Shown: positions 27,893 to 36,581 of the stretch, piece by piece
Numbering within the stretch: position 1 is the first letter of the stretch
Layout of the letters: every line of letters starts with the position of its first letter
Origin: Flavobacteriales bacterium
GTDB taxonomy: Bacteria > Bacteroidota > Bacteroidia > CAIKAF01
NCBI GenBank assembly: GCA_044376575.1
Contig: JBILKR010000005.1
Location: 44,078 to 108,077, forward strand
Direction of reading: 5' to 3'
DNA: 64,000 nt
Position numbers and translations under genes: made by a program
Notes under the pieces: model-generated
What the model was told of the DNA's origin: nothing
What the model saw: only the letters and a program-made list of their open reading frames with translations
Databases searched by the model: none

Positions 27893-30115
27893 ATGACTGG
27901 AATTAAAAAATTCGGGATTATTGTATTGATCTTATTCATAAGTATTTTTAGTGGTAAAGCTCAATATCTTGATTTTATTAAATCCGAATCAATCAGTGTA
28001 ATTGAGAATAATGATACGTTGTTTTATCCATGGGCCGGAGGTTTGAATTACAGTCAGTTTTCATCACTTGATTTGAATTATGATTCAATATTAGACCTGG
28101 TTGTTTTTGACCGAACAGGTAATAAAATTCAGTGCTATTTAAATCAAGGTGTAAGTCAAACCATTTCGTATGCATTGGTTGATGAATATCGTGCTGCTTT
28201 TCCTGAAATCAAGGATTGGATGTTATTGCTGGATTTTGACGGTGATAACCAACATGATATTTTTCATTATAAAAATGGTAGCATCAGGGTATTTAAAAAT
28301 GTTGGTTCTTCTCAATCCGGGTTATCATTTAGTTTGTTTAAGGAACAGATTACTTCACAGTATCCTTTGAATATACTGCCTTTATATGTTAGTTCTGCAG
28401 ACATACCCGCCATATCAGATATTGACGGAGACACGGATGTAGATATTCTTACTTTTAATTCACTAGGCGGCTGTGTTGAATTTCACCGAAACATGTCAGT
28501 TGAAAATTACGGTCATAATGATAGCCTTGTATTTACATTAGAAACACCACACTGGGGAAATTTTGTCGAAGGGGCTTCGGCTACTGATATTATGCTTAAT
28601 GACAGCTGTGAATCACTCGGTGGAGATCCCGGAGGAGAAAGACATGCAGGCTCTTCATTATTTTTGATTGATATGGATAATGATGCCGATCAGGATCTGG
28701 TGCTTGGAGACGTTGGTTCAGATCATCTCGTTTATTTACAAAATGATGGCAATATCAATTACGCTGAGATAGGTGCTGTAGATTTTAATTTTCCTCAAAA
28801 TCATACGTCCACCATTCCTGTTAACTTATCTATTTTCCCGACAGCTTTTTCTGTTGATGTGGATAACGATAATGCAAAAGATTTGTTAGTTGCTCCAAAT
28901 TCACCCGGAAATTCTGAAACCAAACAAAGTGTATGGCGATATAAAAATGTAGGTTCTGATCTATTACCTGACTTTAAATATCAGGAAAACGATTTTCTTC
29001 AGGGAGAAATGATTGATTTGGGAGAAGGAGCTTATCCGGCCCTTTTTGATTATAATTTAGATGGATTAATGGATCTTGCAATTGGGAATTCAACGTATTG
29101 GAACGGATATGGTCAAATCGCACTTTATAAAAATGTTGGTACTCCTGGAAGCCCATCATATGAAATGGTTACGAATAACCTCGCTAATATATCAACTAAG
29201 CAATGGTCGAATATAAAACCTACTTTTGGAGATCTGGATGGTGATGGAGATTGGGATCTAGTTGTAGGTGAAACTACAGGATATATTCATTTCTTTGAAA
29301 ATACTGCACCTGTTTTTCCAGGCTCTGTCGCTCAGTATGCAGCACCTGTAACGCAGTATGCAGGCGTTAAGGAAAATTCGTTTAGTGCTCCGGAATTAGT
29401 TGATTTGAATAAAGATGGTATGCTCGATATTGTATGTGGTTCCAGATTGGGGAAATTAAATTACTATAAAAATTACGGTACAATACAATCGCCTGTTTTT
29501 AATCCCGCAGCTTCTTCTCCTGCTATTCCCGATATCGCCAATCTGGGTGGTGTAAATGTTGTTGATCCTGCAATCAGTACATCAGGGTACAGTGTTCCTT
29601 CTTTTTTTGAATATAATGGTGAAACTCATGTTGTAGTAGGTTGTTTAAAAGGTACACTCTTTCATTATCATCAGATTCATGATTCAATACAAAATATTAA
29701 TGATGATTTTGTATTACTTACAGATCAGCTTGGATCAATCTATCAAGGCTCAAGATCAGCTCCTTTGATGAATGATTTTACAGCAGATGCAATTCCTGAT
29801 TTAATTACAGGAAACTTGTCTGGTGGACTGGTTTATTATCAGGGTGAGGCTGGTTTTATGCATGTAAATGAATATATTGAAAATAATTCAGTTGCTGTAT
29901 ATCCTAATCCGGCTCAGGTTGAGGCTGTATTCGAGCTTCAACATCAGCATTTTTATCTGAGAATATTCGATATTACAGGTAAGATTATTATTCAAAAAAC
30001 AAATCAATTTCATCGATCTGTGATTGATGTTTCTGTTTTAAAAAATGGAGTTTATATTTGGGAGGTTGAAACATCAGGTATAAAGAAACAAGGCAAATTA
30101 ATCATTCAACATTAA
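27893..30115 (+). CDS. FG-GAP/VCBS-repeat protein with T9SS (Por) C-terminal sorting domain
   Basis: Signal peptide from the ATG at 27893; the track ORF starts at a TTG at 27884. Repeated D-x-D-G-D calcium-binding FG-GAP motifs (DIDGDTDVDIL, DLDGDGDWDLVVG, DLNKDGMLDIV). C-terminal about 80 aa (VYPNPAQ...GVYIWEVETSG...) matches a T9SS type-A C-terminal domain. Confidence 0.8.
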   Translation: MTGIKKFGIIVLILFISIFSGKAQYLDFIKSESISVIENNDTLFYPWAGGLNYSQFSSLDLNYDSILDLVVFDRTGNKIQCYLNQGVSQTISYALVDEYRAAFPEIKDWMLLLDFDGDNQHDIFHYKNGSIRVFKNVGSSQSGLSFSLFKEQITSQYPLNILPLYVSSADIPAISDIDGDTDVDILTFNSLGGCVEFHRNMSVENYGHNDSLVFTLETPHWGNFVEGASATDIMLNDSCESLGGDPGGERHAGSSLFLIDMDNDADQDLVLGDVGSDHLVYLQNDGNINYAEIGAVDFNFPQNHTSTIPVNLSIFPTAFSVDVDNDNAKDLLVAPNSPGNSETKQSVWRYKNVGSDLLPDFKYQENDFLQGEMIDLGEGAYPALFDYNLDGLMDLAIGNSTYWNGYGQIALYKNVGTPGSPSYEMVTNNLANISTKQWSNIKPTFGDLDGDGDWDLVVGETTGYIHFFENTAPVFPGSVAQYAAPVTQYAGVKENSFSAPELVDLNKDGMLDIVCGSRLGKLNYYKNYGTIQSPVFNPAASSPAIPDIANLGGVNVVDPAISTSGYSVPSFFEYNGETHVVVGCLKGTLFHYHQIHDSIQNINDDFVLLTDQLGSIYQGSRSAPLMNDFTADAIPDLITGNLSGGLVYYQGEAGFMHVNEYIENNSVAVYPNPAQVEAVFELQHQHFYLRIFDITGKIIIQKTNQFHRSVIDVSVLKNGVYIWEVETSGIKKQGKLIIQH

Positions 30116-30124
30116 TCTTTAATT

Positions 30125-30622
30125 ATGAGATACTTCAGCATATTATTACTTTTTAGTGTAATGTCAGTACAGGCGCAAACAGATGGAATAAAAAAATATC
30201 CTGAAGGAAATGTAAATTACAGTGTATTATTTAACTCAAAAAATAAAGGAGATTTTGAACCGGAGTTTTTACGATATCAACCTGATGCAGAATCGATAAA
30301 GTTTATTAAGTCGCAACGCAAAAATGTACGTATGAAAATTGTTATGGGTTTTTGGTGCGACGATAGTAAGATTTATGTACCAAGGATGTTGAAAATATTG
30401 AAGGATGCCAACTGGGATGTGGAAGAAGATCAGGTGGTAAAAATATATGGCGTTGATGAAAATAAAAACGCAGGATTTGATGGATTTCAATCCATGAATA
30501 TTCAATTTGTTCCCACTTTTATAGTGTATTATAATAATAATGAAGTAGGACGAATTGTTGAATCACCGAAGGTTACTTTAGAAAAAGACTTGGTAGAGAT
30601 TCTTAAAAAAATTATTCGTTAA
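30125..30622 (+). CDS. Secreted thioredoxin-fold protein (monothiol CxxS type)
   Basis: 165 aa with a signal peptide. Contains WCDDS in the position of the thioredoxin WCxxC motif. This is a weak, fold-level call. Confidence 0.45.
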   Translation: MRYFSILLLFSVMSVQAQTDGIKKYPEGNVNYSVLFNSKNKGDFEPEFLRYQPDAESIKFIKSQRKNVRMKIVMGFWCDDSKIYVPRMLKILKDANWDVEEDQVVKIYGVDENKNAGFDGFQSMNIQFVPTFIVYYNNNEVGRIVESPKVTLEKDLVEILKKIIR

Positions 30623-31671
30623 TGTCTGATCAGGAAAATATATTTAACGGATTAAATCCGGCATTTAAGAAAAGGAAAATAAAATTAAAATCTTCTTCAT
30701 TTGATGTTGATTTGAATCTATTGAAAGATGGAGATATTGCAACACTGAGCAAGGCAATTACATTTGTTGAAAGTACACGCAGTGAAGATGAAGAAGGTCA
30801 GGCTTCACTGATTCACCAAATTCTTCCATATTCAGGCAAGTCGATTCGCATAGGAATTACAGGTATTCCGGGTGCAGGTAAAAGCACCCTGATTGAATCA
30901 TTGGGTTTGTATTTTATAGAACAACAGCATAAAGTGGCTGTATTGGCAATTGATCCGAGCAGTCAGCTTTCAAAGGGAAGCATACTTGGTGATAAAACCA
31001 GAATGGAGAATCTTGCAAAAAATCCAAACGCTTTCATTCGCCCAACTCCATCTTCAGGAATTACAGGTGGTGTGGCCAGAAAGACAAGAGAAGCCATGCT
31101 TTTATGTGAAGCCGCCGGTTATGATATTATTCTTATAGAGACTGTAGGTGTTGGTCAATCGGAATTAATGGTTCATTCGCTCGTTGACATTTTTTTACTC
31201 GTTTCAATACCCGGAGCAGGGGATGAGTTGCAGGGAATAAAGCGTGGAATTATGGAGATGGCTGATTTGGTGCTCGTCAATAAATGTGATATTGATACTC
31301 AAAAAGCAGCTTTGGCTCACCAACAGATCGAAAATGCCATTCATCTTTTTCCACCTCATCCTTCCGGAGTTGATGTGCGAGTTATTCAATGTTCTGCATT
31401 TCAGAATTTATTTTTGGATAGGGTGTATGAACAACTCATGAAAATCAGTCAGACAACCCAAGCGAATGGTTATTTTGAACATAAGAGAAAAGAGCAGGAT
31501 GTTCATTGGTTTCAGCAAACCCTGGAACAGATGATTATCAAATCCATTTTTAATAAGCCCGAAATCATTCAAAAAATGGCTGAATTAAAACAAGAAATTA
31601 TTGAAGGGAAAAAAGATCCGTTTATTGCAGCTACTTTTTTATATCATCTTTTGAAAAATAGCGCTGAATAG
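30622..31671 (+). CDS. meaB: Methylmalonyl-CoA mutase-associated GTPase MeaB (ArgK family)
   Basis: 349 aa with a P-loop (GITGIPGAGKSTLIESLG), switch regions and an NKCD motif (VNKCD). ATG overlaps the upstream stop (TAATG). Confidence 0.85.
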   Translation: MSDQENIFNGLNPAFKKRKIKLKSSSFDVDLNLLKDGDIATLSKAITFVESTRSEDEEGQASLIHQILPYSGKSIRIGITGIPGAGKSTLIESLGLYFIEQQHKVAVLAIDPSSQLSKGSILGDKTRMENLAKNPNAFIRPTPSSGITGGVARKTREAMLLCEAAGYDIILIETVGVGQSELMVHSLVDIFLLVSIPGAGDELQGIKRGIMEMADLVLVNKCDIDTQKAALAHQQIENAIHLFPPHPSGVDVRVIQCSAFQNLFLDRVYEQLMKISQTTQANGYFEHKRKEQDVHWFQQTLEQMIIKSIFNKPEIIQKMAELKQEIIEGKKDPFIAATFLYHLLKNSAE

Positions 31672-32425
31672 ATGCACTAAAGTATTCATAGATTTTTTTC
31701 ATTTCAGCATCATCATTTAATATCGATAAGTGTTTAGACAACACTTCCTGATCATTTCGTTTCGCCGGTCCGGTCTGCCATTGCTCGGGATCACCGTCAT
31801 TTAATCTGCTTGCAGTTTCCTGAATTAAAGGCAAAAGATATTCAAAAGGTATTTGATGTTTTACACATTCATCATTTGCTTTCTTATAAAGCCAGTTCGT
31901 AAAATTATTGACCAACACTGCTGCAAGATGAAGGTGAATTCTTTTCTCTGAAGGTAAGTGAAAAACTACAGAAGACAATGCAGAAGCAAGGGTAAGAATC
32001 ATCTGATTAGCTTCATCTGATGAACCTTCAATAGCCAATGGAAGTTTCTCCCACGTTATTTTTCTGCTTCTGTGTAAACTCTGAACAGGATAAATGACGC
32101 CTATATGTTCAGCAAAATTCGTCAGGATTTGCATTTCCTTACTTCCGGAAGTATGAATCAAAAACTTAGCTTTGAAAGGTAACTGACTTGCTATTTCAGT
32201 AATTGCATCATCATTCACACAAATTATAAAAGCTCCTTCATGTTGATTTATTTTCTTTATATCAGTAATTAGTTTACACCCAATTAAATCAGCTAATTCA
32301 GAAGCATGAGCAGAATCTCTGGCAAAAATTTCATGAATAGATAATCCGTTTTTAAGTAAACGTTTCCCAAAGTGATAGGCAACATTGCCTGATCCAATAA
32401 TGGTAATAGGAAAATTAACTGACAC
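31631..32425 (-). CDS. Rossmann-like/DUF2520 domain oxidoreductase-like protein
   Basis: 264 aa with an N-terminal GxGxxA dinucleotide-binding motif (IIGSGNVAYHFG). 3' end overlaps meaB convergently; 5' end overlaps the ccmF-like gene by 11 nt. Confidence 0.6.
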   Translation of the reverse strand: MSVNFPITIIGSGNVAYHFGKRLLKNGLSIHEIFARDSAHASELADLIGCKLITDIKKINQHEGAFIICVNDDAITEIASQLPFKAKFLIHTSGSKEMQILTNFAEHIGVIYPVQSLHRSRKITWEKLPLAIEGSSDEANQMILTLASALSSVVFHLPSEKRIHLHLAAVLVNNFTNWLYKKANDECVKHQIPFEYLLPLIQETASRLNDGDPEQWQTGPAKRNDQEVLSKHLSILNDDAEMKKIYEYFSASIQRYFSKDDIKK

Positions 32426-35003
32426 GTTGTTTTTTAATTCTGTAATAAATAGAGATTATAATACCAATTACCATCAACACACAACCGGACCATAAAATAT
32501 TTATACCTGGAAAAATAATGGCTTGCATGATGATAAAATCATTGAATTTTCCACCTTTGAGTTCCGACATGCTTACTTCAACACTTCTTTTTTCAGGATT
32601 GATTTGTTCCATCTCAACTTTTAAACCTGTTTCTTCTCCAGTTCCGGGTTTAGTGAATACCATGTTCCCTTTGATCTGATATTGCGTGCTAATTTCATCA
32701 AGTTTTTGACCCCTTACATTATATACGCTGAAAATGCCAACCAGATTAAGTACAAGTGAGTCAGTACTTACAGTGTCAATTGGTGACTTGGATTGTATCC
32801 CATCAAATATAATGTAGAAACGTGAACCGAAAATGGTATCTTTTTCCTGAATGCTGAAATGCTGAGCTTCAGAATAGGCAGGTGCTGTTTCCTTATTTTT
32901 TGTTTTGTTTTTTAATCTGTCGATGTCAACATAAGTAACATGTGTAAAAATATCTTTATCAATAAAATGTTTGGTAGCGGGTTCAGGTGAATTTCCCATT
33001 CGCTCATTCATGATGAGTTTGGGATACAATGTAAATTCAGGTTTAAGTTTACCTTCTTCTAATTTAAAATAATCAACTTTATAATGTGCAATGTTACCGA
33101 TGAGTGTATCGCCTTGATATGAAATATAGTAATCGTTCATTGGCAATGTATCACCTCGGTGTAACATGATATTCTCATTGTTTTTAAAATCAGGATTCAG
33201 TGCTTCAAGGTTAATTTGATTTGCGTTTTGAGAAATAAATTTTTGATGTCCTGCAGAAACTACTGCACCAAGTATTATCATTCCAAAACCGATGTGTGCA
33301 ATAGATGCACCGGCCATTTTAAAATTATTTTTCAAATAGCGTATAACATAATCTGCATTTGCAATTACTGTGAAGCCTGAAGCAAAGCAAAGTAATATGA
33401 GTTGAGGCTGATTGAAATCTTCAAATATTAGTCCTGCAATTAATGTAAGACCCAACGAAACGATGGCAGATAACATCAATTTATTGAGAAATACTTTTAA
33501 TATATTTTGTTTGTAAAGTAAAAATTGACTCACAGCCATCATGAATGTAACCAGTAATGCAATAATGGATTGCACCTGATTGTAGGTTTCTACTGAACCG
33601 GGAGCATAGCTTGAACCTATAAGTTTATTGATGACAGGTTTAGAAGTTTCAAATGTTAAATGAAGTCCAGATATTAGAAGCAATAAACTTCCTAAAAACA
33701 TAAAAAACTCTCTTGAAAGGATTGATTCGGAGCCTTGCTCTCCAGGTAGTATACGCCCTGATTGATATATTGAAAATCCAAAAGATAGAATTGCAAAAGC
33801 AAGATATGCCCATTTGAGTATGGTTGAAAAATCGAAATAAAAACCGAAGAACAGGAGTAATAAAGAAATCAAAACATAACCCCGTTTCCATTTTTTATCC
33901 GGCATTAGAATAAATGGAGGTAGCCACATGAAGAAAAACAGATAAATTAATAATTGGCCTGTCATTCCAAGGTCTGTAAATGAATGAACAGAAGCATCTC
34001 CAAGCACACCGCTGCGCGTGAGGAATGTGGAATACAATACTAATACAAATGAAAGTATAATGAGAATATACGCCATCAAAAGAGATGTGCCTTTATTTTT
34101 ATGAATCAGCATCAGGTGCCCGCCGGCAACCAACGTAAGCCAAGGTACCAATGAAGAATTTTCAACCGGATCCCAAGCCCAAAATCCACCAAAATTTAAA
34201 GCTTCGTATGCCCAGGCTCCACCCATTAAAATTCCTGTTCCTAGAATTGCGATACCGGCAAAAGTCCATGGTAGTGCCGGTTTAAACCATTCAGTAAATT
34301 GTTTTCTCCACAAACCTGAAATGGCAAAAGCATAAGGAATTAATGTTAAAGCAAACCCCAAAAATAAGGTAGGAGGGTGGATGGTCATCCAGTAATTTTG
34401 AAGTGAAGGATTCAAACCTCTTCCATCTAAAGATTCAAGATAATTTGGATTTTGTGTAAATGGCAATCCGGCCATGTTGGGATGTTCTCGGGTGAGAATG
34501 AAAGGATTGGATCCGAGTTTATATTCTAAAACATTAGGAATGTCAATAATTACACCAAGTATCATTGATGTTAAAAATACCTGCACAATTGAAATGATCG
34601 CCATAACGTATGGCTCCCAATCTTTTGATCTGAAAAGTAAAATAGAACCTAAAATTACATGCCAGAACATCCATAGTAAAAAACTGCCTTCTTGACCTTC
34701 CCAAAAAGCTGCAAAAATATATTTTGAAGGAAGATCTTTATTGGTATGTTGCCAGGCGTAATGATATTCGAAACTATGAGATAATAAAATGTAAAAAAGT
34801 GTTCCAATTATTCCTAATATGGAAAGCGTATGAATACCAAATGATACTTTTCCCAGTTTCTTCCAACCAACAATTCCCTCTATATTTTTAGTAGATAAAT
34901 AATATGCAAATGTTGATGTGAGTGCTGCTGCAAAAGCAAGTGATATAAAAATATTCCCTAAAATTCCAGGCAACAGGTTTTCTCCGACAAATTGCGTATT
35001 CAT
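32415..35003 (-). CDS. ccmF: Cytochrome c-type biogenesis heme lyase, CcmF family, with C-terminal extension
   Basis: 862 aa polytopic membrane protein with the CcmF/CcsA tryptophan-rich motif (GGFWAWDPVENSSLVPWL) and conserved His residues. Immediately downstream of the ccmE-like gene. Confidence 0.8.
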   Translation of the reverse strand: MNTQFVGENLLPGILGNIFISLAFAAALTSTFAYYLSTKNIEGIVGWKKLGKVSFGIHTLSILGIIGTLFYILLSHSFEYHYAWQHTNKDLPSKYIFAAFWEGQEGSFLLWMFWHVILGSILLFRSKDWEPYVMAIISIVQVFLTSMILGVIIDIPNVLEYKLGSNPFILTREHPNMAGLPFTQNPNYLESLDGRGLNPSLQNYWMTIHPPTLFLGFALTLIPYAFAISGLWRKQFTEWFKPALPWTFAGIAILGTGILMGGAWAYEALNFGGFWAWDPVENSSLVPWLTLVAGGHLMLIHKNKGTSLLMAYILIILSFVLVLYSTFLTRSGVLGDASVHSFTDLGMTGQLLIYLFFFMWLPPFILMPDKKWKRGYVLISLLLLFFGFYFDFSTILKWAYLAFAILSFGFSIYQSGRILPGEQGSESILSREFFMFLGSLLLLISGLHLTFETSKPVINKLIGSSYAPGSVETYNQVQSIIALLVTFMMAVSQFLLYKQNILKVFLNKLMLSAIVSLGLTLIAGLIFEDFNQPQLILLCFASGFTVIANADYVIRYLKNNFKMAGASIAHIGFGMIILGAVVSAGHQKFISQNANQINLEALNPDFKNNENIMLHRGDTLPMNDYYISYQGDTLIGNIAHYKVDYFKLEEGKLKPEFTLYPKLIMNERMGNSPEPATKHFIDKDIFTHVTYVDIDRLKNKTKNKETAPAYSEAQHFSIQEKDTIFGSRFYIIFDGIQSKSPIDTVSTDSLVLNLVGIFSVYNVRGQKLDEISTQYQIKGNMVFTKPGTGEETGLKVEMEQINPEKRSVEVSMSELKGGKFNDFIIMQAIIFPGINILWSGCVLMVIGIIISIYYRIKKQRVS

Positions 35004-35004
35004 A

Positions 35005-35397
35005 TTATTTCACTTCTTGTGTTTGAGTATCTGAATATTTAGAAGGGCATTTGGTTAAAATATCTTTAGCATAAAAAACTTCATCTTTCATTTTTCCAAT
35101 CACCACAATTTGTTCTGATTTCTCAAAGTCCATTGGCTTGGCTTTATTGAGTAATACTTTTCTTTCGTTACCATCTTTATCCAGCAGATAAAAAGAAAAT
35201 AAGTTAGCATTGTTTACAGGATTATAAATCATTTCTTTTTCCTTGTTTAATGTTCCTACTACATGGTATGTTCTGTCTGGATTGTTAGATGCTTCAGGAA
35301 AGGTAGCGTAGGTTTCAGAACCGGGCATTAGTGTATAAAAAATATAACCAATGGCTACAATCAATAAAACAAGTAAAATGAGATGTGATTTTTTCAT
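35005..35397 (-). CDS. ccmE: Cytochrome c maturation heme chaperone CcmE, Cys-type (CxxxY variant)
   Basis: 130 aa. N-terminal membrane anchor and OB-fold. The C-terminal AKDILTKCPSKYSD aligns with E. coli AKEVLAKHDENYTPPE, with Cys in place of the heme-binding His130. Confidence 0.75.
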   Translation of the reverse strand: MKKSHLILLVLLIVAIGYIFYTLMPGSETYATFPEASNNPDRTYHVVGTLNKEKEMIYNPVNNANLFSFYLLDKDGNERKVLLNKAKPMDFEKSEQIVVIGKMKDEVFYAKDILTKCPSKYSDTQTQEVK

Positions 35398-35444
35398 ATC
35401 AAAAATATAATCGCAAATATAACGCTTTGTAATGTGTGCCGGTT

Positions 35445-36461
35445 CTATTTTTTTGAAATAATCATATTGCCTTTGAATTGGGTTTCACGAATTATTTTTT
35501 GAATAATGGGCAAATAATATTCCTTGGCATAGGTTGGAAATTCAAATTCAATATGGTAATCAATTGTGTTTGTTGAGTTTTGTCTTCTGAAAAAATATAA
35601 TAATTGAGTTATATTTCTTACATATCCGTTCATATCCTTGTCAAATGATGCTTCAAGAATTTCAATTATTTCTGATGATGTCAGTTTTTCATTGGTTAAT
35701 TTATGTTTAAAATTAGGATATAATGATGTGTTTTTTTTCATCTGATCCCTGGTTTTAATAATAGTTTTACTCAATGGAATACTATCGTTAGCCAAAACTG
35801 ATGTAATATTAAAGTTCATTCTTCCGTCTGAAATGATAATATGTGAATTTGCGGTATCAACAGTTTGTGCATTCCAAAAGTTCGGATATAATGACTGAAT
35901 GGAATCATTAGTGGAAGTAATGGTTTTATATACAAATGGCAGATATTGAAGCGAAGCAATCATTGCTTCCTGAACGGGAGCATAGGAAATCACATTTTTT
36001 TCACCCATTTCGAAATAAAAAAGAAAGGCATTATATGTTGAATTGATATGAAAACGAACCAAATAAATGGTAGATACGTATCTCTTATCATTCTGAGCCA
36101 TAAATGATAAGGTAAGCTTTTCTGCAGAATGTCCTCCCATGCTTCCGCTCCCAATCTCATTAACCTGAAGGTTTTTTATCTCCGGGTCGTCATACATATT
36201 AAGCATCATTTTTTTTAAACTGTCAGCATTAAATCGGTGACTAATTTTATAAAGCATTACATTGAATTCTGTACCTACCTGTTCTTCATAAATTATCCAG
36301 GAGCGTTTACTTGTATTTTCAATCTTATAATCTAAAGGAAATTGAAATGAAACGGGAAGATTTGGAATAGTATATGAATTATTTTTTTGGGCAATGGCAT
36401 CAAAACGGATCGAAAACAGAACAATTATCAATAAGATGAACCTTGCTATCGATATAATCAT
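35445..36461 (-). CDS. Hypothetical secreted protein
   Basis: 338 aa with an N-terminal signal peptide and no recognisable motifs. Same strand as, and directly upstream of, ccmE/ccmF. Confidence 0.5.
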   Translation of the reverse strand: MIISIARFILLIIVLFSIRFDAIAQKNNSYTIPNLPVSFQFPLDYKIENTSKRSWIIYEEQVGTEFNVMLYKISHRFNADSLKKMMLNMYDDPEIKNLQVNEIGSGSMGGHSAEKLTLSFMAQNDKRYVSTIYLVRFHINSTYNAFLFYFEMGEKNVISYAPVQEAMIASLQYLPFVYKTITSTNDSIQSLYPNFWNAQTVDTANSHIIISDGRMNFNITSVLANDSIPLSKTIIKTRDQMKKNTSLYPNFKHKLTNEKLTSSEIIEILEASFDKDMNGYVRNITQLLYFFRRQNSTNTIDYHIEFEFPTYAKEYYLPIIQKIIRETQFKGNMIISKK

Positions 36462-36581
36462 AAAATTTAAAATTTTCAGGTGAAGATACTAGATGTTAGT
36501 AACGTTTAATAAAAAATGAAATGATAATTGTTTAGTTCTTTTTAACAGATTAATTTTGAATAACATTTATTTAAAATCCCA

